64,000 bases of DNA from Octopus vulgaris (lineage: Eukaryota): positions 52,886,001-52,950,000 of the forward strand of contig OX597825.1 in NCBI GenBank assembly GCA_951406725.2, read 5' to 3'. The translations under genes and the position numbers were made by a program. Positions 1-16,439 of the stretch are shown here, piece after piece (the first letter of the stretch is position 1; every line of letters starts with the position of its first letter). Under the pieces are notes generated by a model. That model ran no database searches. It saw only the letters and a program-made list of their open reading frames with translations, and had not been told where the DNA came from.

Positions 1-208
1 TAACATATAAATGATATTGGACCTTTACAATAAGCGAGAATATTTTTCTCCAAGGTAAATAGCAGTGAAATTCCTTTTAGTTGTCACAAGCATATTTGAA
101 CGAATCTAAAGATTATTTCACTATCAATGTTTCGTACTACAGCTTTTCCAATTGCCTTAGTATTCCACTTGATAACTTCTGATATTGTTCCCAAGAACCC
201 AACAATAA

Positions 209-1817
209 CACTGGTCAACAGCCAATTTTCATCAGGGATATTATATGGTGTTTTATATGTAGTTTTGTCCGCAGATTTCAAAAATGTAATCGGTTTCCTT
301 CTATCAGGCACAGTTTTTCTGATGAGATAAGAGAGGTATATAACTCCCATCAGCAGTATCGCCACACGTAAACGTTTTATACAGGTAAATTCTGACTTCT
401 GTTTTATAACTATTTGTATTCATTTTGTAATTTTATGTATTCATAATCTTTTCTTTTCATAAATTTTACTTTCTGTTTGAGGTACCAAGTCATCATCATC
501 ATTAAATTCTACTTAGGATGTCAAGGCATTGCAAGAACAGTCCTGATATATTTTGTCATGTCTGTGGTTCATTTACCACCAAAGCTCAGCAACATGCCAT
601 CACAAGTGAAATCAAGAAGATCTACCAGTTATACTTTGGTTACTCTCTTGGGGATCAAGATAAGAGTTGGGCCCCGCACATCATCTGCTCAGCTTCTTCA
701 AATGGACTAACGGATTGGCTAAATAAGAGGAAGTGAGCAATGCCGTTTGCAATACCTATGATATGGAGAGAGCCAAAGGATCATTTCATGGACAGTTATG
801 TGGAGACTTGAAGACAATTGGAATGTTGATGGAAATGCAATCTGGGTTCACGAAATATTGTTGCTTGTTATGCCTATGGGACAGTCGTGCAACTAACAAG
901 CACTATGTGCAATCAGAGTGGCCTTTGCGAAAATCATATGAGCCGGGAGTTTCTAGCGTAAAGAAGAAGCCACTTTTAAACCAAGAAAGTGTTCTTCTCC
1001 GTCTTCACATAAAGCTTGGCCTCATGAAACAATTCATGAAGACACTTGCCAGGAAAAGCTCAAAAGGTTATGAATATGTGAAGGCCGAATTTCCAAAAAT
1101 CACCGAGGCAAAACTGAAGGAGGACGTATTCATAGGTCCTCAGATAAAAGAACCCCTGACGGGCAATCACTTCCTCACTGGATGAGATTGAGCTTAAAGC
1201 CTGGGAATCCTTGAAATGGCTCTGTGAAAATTTCCTAGGCAGCAAGAGATCTCTAGAGTTTAGAAATGGAATGAAATGTCTTCTAGGCTTCTACGCTGCA
1301 ATGGGCTGTTGGATGTCACTAAAAGTACATTTCCTTGATTCACATCTGAACCTTTTGCAGAGAACCTTGGAGCATTGTCTGAGGAGCAAGGGGAACGCTT
1401 TCATCAAGATATTGCATCGATGGAACAACGATATCAAGGATACTGGAATGCAGGAATGTTAGCTGACTACTGTTGGATGTTATACAGGGATGAATCTGAA
1501 ACAAAACACCATAGAAAGTCCAAATCCCAAAGATTTTAAGTTGTTATGCATTTGAGAGTATTCAAACTTATTTCTACACAATAATTTTAATTTCGTATTA
1601 TAAAAAACCATGAAATTATCGTATCTTGTATTCAATATACTTTATATAGACATGCTATACGTATCCTATAAGTTAAAACAGTAGGCATCATTAACACGAA
1701 AATGTGACCTTATAGAGGAAATCGGACTTCAGATTCGTAATCAGCATAAACAATTAACCCAGAAAAGTCAATCAAGAACTCTGATGATTAAAAAAAGTTT
1801 CATTTTGTTGACCAGTG
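209..1817 (+). mobile_element. Chapaev3-type (CMC superfamily) DNA transposon, internally deleted
   Basis: Terminal inverted repeats CACTGGTCAACA (209-220) / TGTTGACCAGTG (1806-1817) and a 3-bp TSD TAA (206-208, 1818-1820). CAC termini with a TWA TSD are typical of Chapaev3; the family assignment is from recalled transposase motifs. Confidence 0.8.
518..1538 (+). pseudogene. Frameshifted Chapaev-type transposase
   Basis: N-terminal 'CKNSPDIFCHVCG..GDQDKSWAPHIIC', then 'CGDLK..GFTKYCCLLCLWDSRA..LHIKLGLMKQF', 'MSLKVHFLDSHL', 'SEEQGERFHQDI..MEQRYQGYW..MLADYCW'. Split over several frames with a central deletion. Confidence 0.8.
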
Positions 1818-4271
1818 TAATTGGCACTATCTTTACATCCTTCATTTTCCATAGCCGAGCTATTCCGTACTTAAGGGGGTTGTATATCTTTCAGCCTTCC
1901 TTCTTGGCTATTCATGGGTCAAAGAGGTATGCAACATCAACTATATAGCATATGTGGTGCATTTGTCCACCACCACTGGGTCCGATCTGTTATGCTCTAG
2001 CACCTGATCTATTTAGATTGGGAAGTCCCAGAGGGTTTCGCTAGTCTCCGACTCCGCCATTCTCCGCGGTTTGTGCTCATACCACGTCTTACTTTTCTCT
2101 AGCCCCCACTTTTCGCACAATCTTCAATGTAGCCTTTTCGCTACCTGATTGTGACTCCACAATTGCAGTCGTTTTGGGCATGTCTAATGGCGTTCGTTCG
2201 TGACATGGGCAATGGTTTCATCCACTCTATTGCAGATGCAACACAGCACCGACACATGCTCATTCCTAAGGTTGACCCACTAGCCAAAGCTTGGTCTTGC
2301 GCTGCCAGTATAACGCTCTCTGTCTCTTTTTTTAATGTTCGTTTCATCAGCCTATTTTTTCTGCAACTTGTGTTGAGACTACATGAAATTGATTGTATAT
2401 TCCGTTGTTGCATAATTCTTCACTAGCAAGGTTCCCTTACTTTGGGATAGGCATCTTATAAAGCTCTCGAGTTCGATACGCACGCAGTCTTCTACATTTA
2501 TCACTCCTCTTCCTTCATTTGCTCTCTTCATGTGTTGGTGATCAGTGTTCGCTCGTGGATGATGGGCACCATGCAACGTTAGGTATTTGTAGCTGGATAG
2601 AAGTTGAATTGCCGTCATCATTTCACCACTTGGCAACCACATGCCTTCTGTTCTGAAAAAGCTTTCCTCGTCTCATCACCATCGTAGCACATTTTGAGGA
2701 TCCAAACTCCACTTTAATATCATTGGAGAAAATCTGCACTGACTGGACTAGGCTGTTTAGTTCTACCTCAGTTTTTGGGGATAGCTTCAGGTCGTCCATG
2801 AATAGCAAGTGTTTCAGTTTTCCATTACTCTTTCCAAGATCATACCCCAACATAATTTTCTGTAGTATTTCACTCATTCCCAGCACAAAGATTAGTGGGG
2901 ATATACTGTTTCCCTGGAAGATACCTTTCTTTAATTTCACCTCTCCTAATATATGATTCCCTGCTGTCAATTCCCTTCTCCAGCATTTTATGCTATTCCA
3001 TATAAGGCTTCTCATATTTTCCGCTACGCCCTAATTTCCAGGAGTGTGGTATCATATCGTATGCTTTACGATAGTCAACCCATGCCATGCTGAGGTTTGT
3101 GTGTCTTCTCTTGCAGTTTCTGAAAATTAGCTTATCAATTAAGAGCTGATCCTTCGTTCTCCAGCTCCTTTTTCGACACCCTTTCTGTTCAATAGGTAGC
3201 AGCCCACTGTTTTCCAGGTATCTATACAGTTCACAGGCCAAAGTACCTGACATTACTTTCCACATTTTTATCAGTCCCATTGTTACCTTTATGTCTTCTT
3301 GGACTTCTATATTTCTTAGCCTATCTTGGATTTCATGCAGCCACTTCGCTTCATCATTATGTTCCACAGGGTTGGTTCCACATTCCAGAATGTCCTGCTT
3401 TCCTTTTCATCTAACTTCATTGTTACGTGTAATTGCCCATCTAGTTCCCGAAACAGTTTCTTCTGATTTGCTTCAAACAATCTGTTTTGCTTGAATTGTT
3501 TTGTTCTATTGTCCCAGTTTTGCTTTGATTGCTACTACTCTTTGATTCAATTCTTCTAATATCGCATCACAACCTTTATCTCTTATTCTATATATTCTTT
3601 CCAGCATTATTCTTATGCTTTCATTCTGCAATTCCCCTCAACTCAATCTGTCAACTTAACCTAAATGTCATTTTAACTATGTTTCTCACAAATTCTTCTA
3701 CGCTAGAATGGTTCTTTACGTTCTGTTTGTTCTCTTGTTTTGTATTCAACTCTGCCTGCGGCAACCATAGCCGCAGCCCAAATAATCTTGTTAGTTTCAG
3801 TTATATTTCTCGTCTGGAATAGCCCAAGGATCAAATCTATTCTTTCGGTTTCAACTTAGAGCTTTCGTCGATCAATGTACCTCAGATTGTTGGGTGATCC
3901 TGGTCTTTAATATATCATCTTCGTATTCTTGTGCTATAGCTCTTCCTATAACGTCTTTATTTGCTGAGAATGCATTTACATTTACACTTTGCTCTACGTC
4001 TTCACTGCCGCCATTCAAGTCTCTTTTCTCACTGGGCAATGTATCTGTTGGTGAAGTATTATTTCTATTTTCTACTTTCCTTTTTATCTCTTCAATTTTT
4101 ACGTATGTTAACCACTCTTGTGTTCTTAATGCTCTTGCCTGGTCGACTAACCGTTGCTCACTTATTTCGAAAAGTCCTATTTCATTCCATTTTGGCTTCA
4201 TTCATTGTCGGAATCCCTTTTTACTGGGTTCACTCCTGATCCAGCATTCAATTATCGTTCGGTTTGCCGCC

Positions 4272-7865
<3,594 letters not shown>

Positions 7866-7892
7866 ATAATAATAATAATAATAATAATAATG

Positions 7893-7950
<58 letters not shown>

Positions 7951-8007
7951 CAATAATAATAATAATAATAATGATGATGATGATGATGATCATCATCATC
8001 ATCATCA

Positions 8008-8165
8008 TAAAAGATCTGGAAAGAGAGGTAACTTAAATGTGGAATCTAAAAACAGAAACAGTTCCTATCATATTAGGCGCATTAGGTATGATAAAAATTT
8101 ATTCCGACAAATACATAACAATAACACCAGGACTAACGAGTGGTGCAGTGAAAGGTCGTGATAAA
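8008..8165 (+). mobile_element. Short 3' fragment of an R4-like element
   Basis: Translates 'KDLEREVT*MWNLKTETVPIILGALGMI', homologous to the C-terminus of the 49642-51813 ORF ('KDLEIEISKIWKLKTKTIPVVIGALGMI'). Confidence 0.75.
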
Positions 8166-8769
8166 AATAAGACTACTGATTAATAATAATAATACTAATA
8201 ACAATAGTTAAAAAATAACAATAAATGTCCTGATGCACTGCCAGGCTCTCATGGCTTGTGATGTTAACTGATTGGAAGTGTTATCATGTAGATGTTTTGT
8301 CTTGGCATAAAAAGTATTCAGCTCCATACAACAGATTTGCTTCTCAGTTGTTTTACCTTAACCAGTTGAGCATGTCCCTTGGTGACTGACGATCATGAGC
8401 AGATAAGTGAGAGAGCATCATAGGTATGTGTTGAGAGGAATTCTTTGGGGTTTGACTAATTCGCCTTTGGAAACAACGGTGTTTCATTCAGCATCCTTAA
8501 ACAACCCTTAATTCAAGGAACTTTTGAACGGAAAGGGCTACTTGATCTGAAGAAAATTCTAACTGGGCCCCACCTGCAAGGTCATGCGCTGTTTATCATG
8601 ATATGAAATCACCACTATGTGCACATATGGTTGTGATGCCTGTGCCTGGTGTACCCTTATCAGACGAGTAGTCATGATAGATATAGCGGGCTTCGTATAT
8701 TTTACTCCTGTGTCACTTTGATGGCATGCACTGCTCTCTCACTCAATGATAATAATGATGATAATAATG

Positions 8770-8827
<58 letters not shown>

Positions 8828-8859
8828 TAATAATAATAATAATAATAATAATCCACTAT

Positions 8860-9036
8860 AGTTATAAGGCCTGAAATTTTGTGGGCGGGGACGAGTCGTA
8901 TATATCGGCTCCAGTGAATCCTGAATTTATGAATCCTGAAAGGATGAAAGGCAAAGTCGACCTCGGTGAAATTTGAACTTAGAATGTAAGGAATGATGCT
9001 ATGCCGCTAAGCATTTTCGATTCTGCCAGCTCGTCT
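8860..9036 (-). mobile_element. tRNA-derived SINE, family B
   Basis: Reverse complement of the GAGGTCGACTTTGCCTTTCATCCTTTC core seen in the 59656 copy. Confidence 0.8.
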
Positions 9037-9091
9037 TAACAACAACAACAACAACAACAACAACAATAATAATATACATTTATAAAGTATC

Positions 9092-9154
<63 letters not shown>

Positions 9155-9671
9155 TTATATGTGTATATATATACGTGTGTAAGTGTATGTATATATATAT
9201 ATATATGTATGTGTGTATCAATATATATATGTGAGTGCATATGTATATGTATTTGTATACATATTTATATAAATATATAATTATAATGCATTGATCTCTC
9301 CCTTTGTCTCCCTATATACACACACAACACACGTGCACACAAACATATATTACTCCTGTGTGACAGTGTTTGAGTTCTGGAAAGTAGACAGAGAGTGTGG
9401 TTTGCAGAATAATTTGAAGAGTCTGTCTAATGAAGCCAGATCAATATTTGCTACTTTCAGATCAAATGCACCTGTTATGTTACAACTATTACAATATCAT
9501 TATGAATTCTCATCGTCCCACGCCATAACAATTTTCACATATGACACCAAGGGGACACCAAGATAAAGCACAATAGATATGGAGATTTATTTATGCCAGT
9601 TTAGATATTGAATACTAATAGAATCCTACTTAATTACAAATTAATAGAAACACTTACTACTCATCTATATC

Positions 9672-9841
9672 CTTCTTCTTCTTCTTCTTCTTCTTCTTCT
9701 TCTTCTTCTTCTTCTTCTTCTTCTTCTTCTTCTTCTTCTTCTTCTTCTTCTTCTTCTTCTTCTTCTTCTTCTTCTTCTTCTTCTTCTTCTTCTTCTTCTT
9801 CTTCTTCTTCTTCTTCTTCATCTTCATCTTCATCTTCTTCT

Positions 9842-9876
<35 letters not shown>

Positions 9877-9975
9877 TTTTTCTTCTTCTTCCTTCTTCTT
9901 CCTTCTTCTCCTTCTTCTTCTTCTTCTTCTTCTTCTTCTTCTTCTTCTTCTTCTTTTTTTTTCTTCTTCATCTTT
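9672..9975. repeat. (TTC)n microsatellite
   Basis: Long trinucleotide run. Confidence 0.97.
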
Positions 9976-10111
9976 TTAGTCGTCGTCGTCGTCATAACCG
10001 GAGTTTTTCTTATAGAGTTGATAAAACAGAGTACCAGTTAAATACTGAGATTTATTTGGTTATTGGCTTTCCTTCAGAAATTGTCAATTTTTGTGTTTAA
10101 ATTAGAAACCA

Positions 10112-10191
10112 TTGCCACCACTACCACCACCACCACCACCACCACCACCACCACCACCACCACCACCACCACCACCACCACCACCACCACC

Positions 10192-10285
<94 letters not shown>

Positions 10286-10335
10286 CCAGCAGCAGTAAAC
10301 GTTGTCGTCATCATTATGAGCATCATCATCATCAT
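10112..10335. repeat. Compound (CAC)n/(CAA)n/(CAT)n microsatellite
   Basis: Visible directly in the sequence. Confidence 0.95.
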
Positions 10336-10842
10336 GGCATAAATAGGACAGTTTGATAGGCTCAGACCGGCCAAAGAACTACATGAAGCTCCTCTGTTTA
10401 CTTTGGCATGGTTTTTATAGCTGGATGTCCTTCTTAAAACCACCCACTTTACAAGATATACTGCTTGCCTGCAATTTTTCCTTCCAAGTATATTAGCAAT
10501 TTTGATATATAGCTGCAAGACTACGAACTCAGAGAGAGGCGGTTTTATTCTTGGAGATGGAATAAATTAGGAGGGGAGGGGCGAAAACAAAACAGGTTTG
10601 TTGCTTTGTCAGGGATTTTATGACAATACCACATTCTAGAAGGGAGGACGGAGGTAATTGAGTCAGAGGAGCGGGGAAAGAGCTGAAATAGTGATGGTGA
10701 TGAGTCTGTGTGGTCCCTCAAGATACGGGATGAGTAGAAGTGAGTAGGGTTAGGAATGGAAAGTAGCAGTCATATATTAAGGTTGATTTAGCCCTCTGCA
10801 ATACTTCTTTTGCAAACAATGTGGAAGTATATGAATGTAAAT

Positions 10843-11130
10843 CAATGTTTCTCATCTGGAGCCTATTTGGCCCTAGGAGGTACGTATGGCCCTTGGGGGT
10901 AGTATGGACCTTGGGGTACATATAAGACTGTTGTTAAAATTTACGTGCAATAAATTTGTTATACTTGTACAATACACAAAATATTTTAGCAATTTGTTTT
11001 AATACAATTCCTGATAATATTTAATTGTAAAATGTTATAGGATCTTTTAAATGTCGAATGACTAGGAGAGTCCATTCGAGTAAAACAAGAATCAAAGGGG
11101 TCAATAACTAAAAATGATTGAGAAACCCTG
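10843..11130. mobile_element. hAT-type MITE
   Basis: Imperfect TIRs CAATGTTTCTCA / TGAGAAACCCTG and a perfect 8-bp TSD ATGTAAAT (10835-10842, 11131-11138). Confidence 0.85.
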
Positions 11131-11229
11131 ATGTAAATAATCATGAATGAGGTAAAGTTTGAGTCAAATTTCTAAGGAGGTGATTTCAGAGAGAGAGAGA
11201 GAGAAGAGAGAGAAAGAGAGAGAGAGAGA

Positions 11230-11260
<31 letters not shown>

Positions 11261-12959
11261 AGAGACAGAGATATGGGAAGGGGAGAGCAGGAGAGAGGAA
11301 GAGAGAGAGTGAGGGAGAGGGTGAGAGTGAAAGGGGATGCAGTAGGGAATGGTTATTGTAAAACATCAACATCGTAAATAAGACATTCCCTTCACGTACG
11401 TCATAAATGCCTGGGATAACGGACCAAAAACTGGTCGTTAATGACACTGCCAATAACAAGAACAATAACATCATCATCAAGTCAATGATAGATAATATTT
11501 AGAAGAAAAGTTATTGGAAAAATAATTCTTTATTTATTTCATCGTTTGCATTCTTTCTGTCGTAGAAATGTTTCTAAGTCGTAAAACATCCTTGTTTTCA
11601 GAAAGTCCTTTTTGGTGTTTAGAGTTAGTGATGTTGGGTATATTAAGAATGGTGGTATGGGTGTAGTGGTAGTGGTAGCGGGAATGATGATAGTAGTGTT
11701 GTGGTGGTGGGATAGTGACCTGGCAATGATCTGCTGCCGCTGATGCTATTGTTTAACCCCAGGTGAATCCTAATAGAGCAGATTTTACAATCAAAGATAG
11801 TCCAGCTATGGGGATCCCGACTCTATGTACTCTCTATATTAGCATCTATTCGTACATACTTAAAACTGTGATGTGATTTAAAGATTTGAGTGTTATTTCT
11901 AGCAGGTCAAAATCACGTAACGTCTCTCGTTTGTGTTGTTGTTGGCGGTGTTTGAAATTTTGATGATGATTACGATGATGATAATGGTGATGATGATGAT
12001 GATGATGGGGTGGTGGTGATGATGGTGGTGGTGGTGGTGTTCGAACAGTACTCACCATTATCATAACCAGCATCTTCATCCTTATAACCATCACCATCAG
12101 TACCACCATTACGATCGTCAGGATACGTAACACAAATACCATCACTATCACCCTCCAATCCTCCACCTCCTCCTCCTCCTCATCATCATCATCGTCGTCA
12201 TCGTCATCATCATTGTCATCGTAATCATCATCATCATCGTCATCAATATAATCATCACAACCACTACCATCAACAATGGAACCACCACCAACCAAACCAC
12301 CACCACCACTACCACCACCCACGAATACCACAATCGCCGCTGCTACGTCACTCCACCGCTACCACCTTACATAACCGTTACCATAGTTGACATTTCTACA
12401 CAGTGATAGTTCTGTCATAAATAATGACAGGTATATTTGCTAATGTAAAATGTATCTCCAGTTATTTCTAACCACTATCACTACCACCTAAACCACTGCT
12501 ACCACCACCACCACCACCACGTCTACCACAAGTGACAACAATATCTACCAATACTACTACTACCTCAACAATAACAACATCAACAGTAACAACCATTATC
12601 ATCCCTACCACCAACGGTATCACTACCACCACCACCACCACCACCACCACCACCACCATCACTACCACCACCGTCACCCCCGAGATCACTACAAGCAGCA
12701 ACGCAACCATCAGCACCAACATCAACACTAACCACAACCATCACGGCAACCAATACCGTCACCATCACCACTACTACCACCGCCACCAACACCACCATCA
12801 CCACCACCGCCGCCACCTTCTTCCCTGCTTTTGTTTTTCACATAATTCTTTTTATTTATTTACGAGTAACATGTGTTGTTAGCATTGTTTAGTCTGGCAT
12901 AATCCCGCAGACCTATCACCAATGCTATTTCAACTGTGACCATATTGTCTTTATTTTTC

Positions 12960-14100
12960 AGATATCCTTTATTTAGGACTATATTATTCTCCGATGTGTT
13001 ATTTGCTTTTCAAGGTAGTTGGGCGACATTTTCAAGGTGTACACATATGGAATAAACTTCTCATAAAAAAGCTCCACAAAACAATGGCATATACTTAGAG
13101 TATAAATTAATGTAGTCTCTATAAACCCCTCAATCAGCACAGTGTTTGTTTTGTCCTCGTATATGCTATGTATATCCCTTTCAATTACTGTGAAATGCTG
13201 ACACTCGAGGGAAGTTGTATATTCTTTGAGAGAGACTTCCATTGTTTTATTCAACTTTTATTTGTGGCTCTCGTTTCCTTTTTATAACAGTTCTTTCTTT
13301 ACTTGAGGTCGTCTTCAACAAACTCCACTCTTCTCCCAATCGCTGTAACACATTGCAGAACTGCTGATTATAACCACTGGCTGGTTCTTGGCTGGAATAA
13401 GCGGCTTCTTAGCTTTCCGGAACCCTACTTCATTTGACCATTTGCTTTTGTTGGGAGAGAGAATAGGGCGATTTAATCTACATCAGTTCTCCTCTGGTTA
13501 TCTTCGGTCATGCATCCGAAGCGTGTGATAATTAAGTAGCGTCACCTGTCAGATTGATCTCGTTTCCTTCGATAGGGTATAACTCTGCGATGTCTCTATG
13601 ATTTTGGGGTTATCTATCCAGACCCTACCATGCTGCATGTTATTGCAGGTCATCTCCACACTTACCTCTTGTCTGTCCTATGTTGCAATGTTAACAACAG
13701 TATCAACATCTCCGACTGTCAACCTCATATTCCTTTGGGGACGGTATGTGTCACACCTACTCTACCTATCTCCTCACTTCATCCTCTGTCCTGCATCAGT
13801 CGACGGAGCACAACTCATGTTTCACATCGGGCAAGGTTTTCCAAACTCCTATTTCAAGAACATTTATGAATAGTTATTGTTATTCTCATGCCAATCTCAT
13901 CATGTCACTTCCTTAAACATATTCCTCGGACTGTGAATCATTGCCTTTCTCAATCTAACTCAGTCGTACTTTTTACGGTTTCCCTGGAGTTAGTTATGAG
14001 ACTTACTACCACTCACAGATTTTACAAACCATGAATTAATTGGAATTAGCATTAATGTGTTCAGTACTTCCCTGTCTAGTTAGCGTTTTTAATTTGATTT
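12960..14100 (-). mobile_element. Possible highly degenerate LINE (RT region) relic
   Basis: Weak minus-strand resemblance to 'P.NYRPI' ('PAKNQPVVIISS') and 'IT..EL' motifs only. Confidence 0.3.
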
Positions 14101-14511
14101 ATTTTTTGTTAAGGTTAGATTCAAAATGTTTACACTTGCAGGTGAATCTGTTTCATTGATATGTTTACTTCTTTGAAACTTGTTTTCATGCTTTGAAAAG
14201 CTTGTGAGATGATACTTAATATGTTTTGCTGTGGTTACCACCATTCTGACGCATAACACTTTCTACTGACATCCCTGGCCATTTTGAAATATAAACAAAG
14301 TAACAACAAAAGAATGTCTGGTATGTAAAAAAGACAAAAACGTGAAAAAATATCACCACAGCCTTTTCTGCCGCGCAAGAATGGTGTGGAAGTTAAATAC
14401 TTTAAAAGCTTAGTATTTAACTGGCACTTTATTATAGTCAATTTAGTGTGGGGAGTGGCACAGTCTTCACCAGTGATATTGGAAGGGTATGTAAGAATAC
14501 ATGCATAAAAA

Positions 14512-14706
14512 AGCGGAGAACTAGTAGGCTCGTTAGCACACCGGACAAAACGCTTAGCGTCATTTCATCCGTCTTTATGTTCTGAGTTCAAATTCTGCAG
14601 AGGTCGACTTTGCCTTTCATCATTTCGGGGTCGATAAAACTGGAGATCGATGTGATCGACTTATCCCCCACCCACGGACTTGCGAGCCTTGTGCCAAAAT
14701 TTGAAA
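14512..14706 (+). mobile_element. tRNA-derived SINE, family B
   Basis: CGTTAGCAC..GAGTTCAAAT (B box)..GAGGTCGACTTTGCCTTTCATCATTTCGGGGTCGATAAA. Confidence 0.85.
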
Positions 14707-15388
14707 TCAATTTCAAATATTCATATTGCGCAGATCATGAGTTCAAATATACTGCGTGCATCTGGTGTTCCTAAGTATAAAATAGTTGCACTGTCTAAAT
14801 ACACCAAATTCTTTGTAAAGAAAACAGTTCACGTGGCTATGCTACATGTGACGACAAGAACCCAGTCATGAAGGAAATGGAACTCTCAACCACGTCGTTC
14901 CATAGTGTGTCAATCAAGATTTGTTCCTTAACAAACGACCGGTGATATTTAGGGACCGCTTATATTCATAAATTACACATCACATCTGGGGCCTTGGGCA
15001 TGCCTTGTCAAAGGAAATCAATCTAAATACAAGAATATATAATAGATTCATTGCAACTGATAATTAAAGAATCCTTTAGAGAAATTTTATATTTGGATTT
15101 AAAAACCACGTAATTCAATATTACGGTGTAACAATAAAGTAAAAACAAACATATACATACATACAAACACAGTCACACATATGTATATGACTGAGTGTAT
15201 ATGTGTGCATGTGTATATGTGTATCTGTGTGTATGAGTGTGTATGCGCGTGGATATATTTGTGTATGCGTATATGTGTATCTGTGTGTATGAGTGTGTAT
15301 GCGTGTGCATATATGTGTGTATGCATGAGTACATGTACACACGTATACATACATGTATGCGTGCATATGCACGCTCGTTTTATGTATG

Positions 15389-15442
<54 letters not shown>

Positions 15443-15593
15443 TGTGTGTGTGTATAAATCTATGTTCTTGTGTATTGCTATATCTACGTATGTATATATG
15501 TTTATGTGTAGGTATGTATGTGTATGTATATGTGTATATATATGTGTGTGATGGGTTTTGATATATGTATATATATATATACATATACATACA

Positions 15594-15625
<32 letters not shown>

Positions 15626-16057
15626 GATAGATAGATAGATAGATATATATAGATAGATAGATAGATATGTGTGTGTTTGTATATCTATATATATATCTGT
15701 ATATACATACTCACACATGCATATATATATATATATGTACATATATATAAATATATGCATATACACACAGACACACACACGCACACGCACACGTGCACAC
15801 GCGCTTACACACATACATGTTTTTATATATGTGCGTGCATAAGCATTCGTATTTTAAGTGATATTTCGTTATTGTTGGTTGTCTATTTTCTTTTCTTCTT
15901 TTTTCTATTTTTATTTTAGTTTTGTTCCCGTTCTCTCCGATATTGTAACTGAAACTAGATATGGCATGCAATAAAGATAAAAATCAGGAAACAAAATAAT
16001 AAGACGACGATGATGATGATGATAGTGGTGGTTGTGGTGGTTGTGGTGGTGGTGATG

Positions 16058-16089
<32 letters not shown>

Positions 16090-16439
16090 AACGAAACAAA
16101 GAACGAAGAGAAGCATTCTTATAAACATCTATATTTTCTTTTCCCAAGTAGGAACAATCTGACAGCATTGGTTTTCTGTAGAAAACTTTCAGCACTTTCA
16201 TTATTGTGCCATTAATGTCAAAGACAGAAGATGCAACTAATAATTTCCAAGACGATATGGTATTCAAAGCCATTACTGTCTTGCACGTGCTTTAAACCCA
16301 TATTTTGGTGCTGCAGGGTCCAGTAGTTCTCATCTATCGTTTAAACGGGTTATCAGGCTGTCATTTGTGTCATCGTGTGGTAGATCTGATCTGTTGTTTG
16401 CCCATCTCTATCGTGTATATAGAGGAGAGGGTGTTAGAG

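Noticed and set aside
9608-10518. Poly-S/K/T/P/G ORFs (and similar ORFs at 4154-4497, 52367-53024 and 54539-55136)
   Set aside because: Translations of trinucleotide microsatellites, open in several frames, with no domain content.
12468-12882. Mucin-like Thr/His-rich ORF
   Set aside because: Decayed (ACC/ATC)n repeat with no credible start or exon boundaries.
15099-15971. '[12 protein letters not shown]' ORFs here and throughout the window
   Set aside because: Products of (TA)n/(TG)n/(CA)n dinucleotide tracts.
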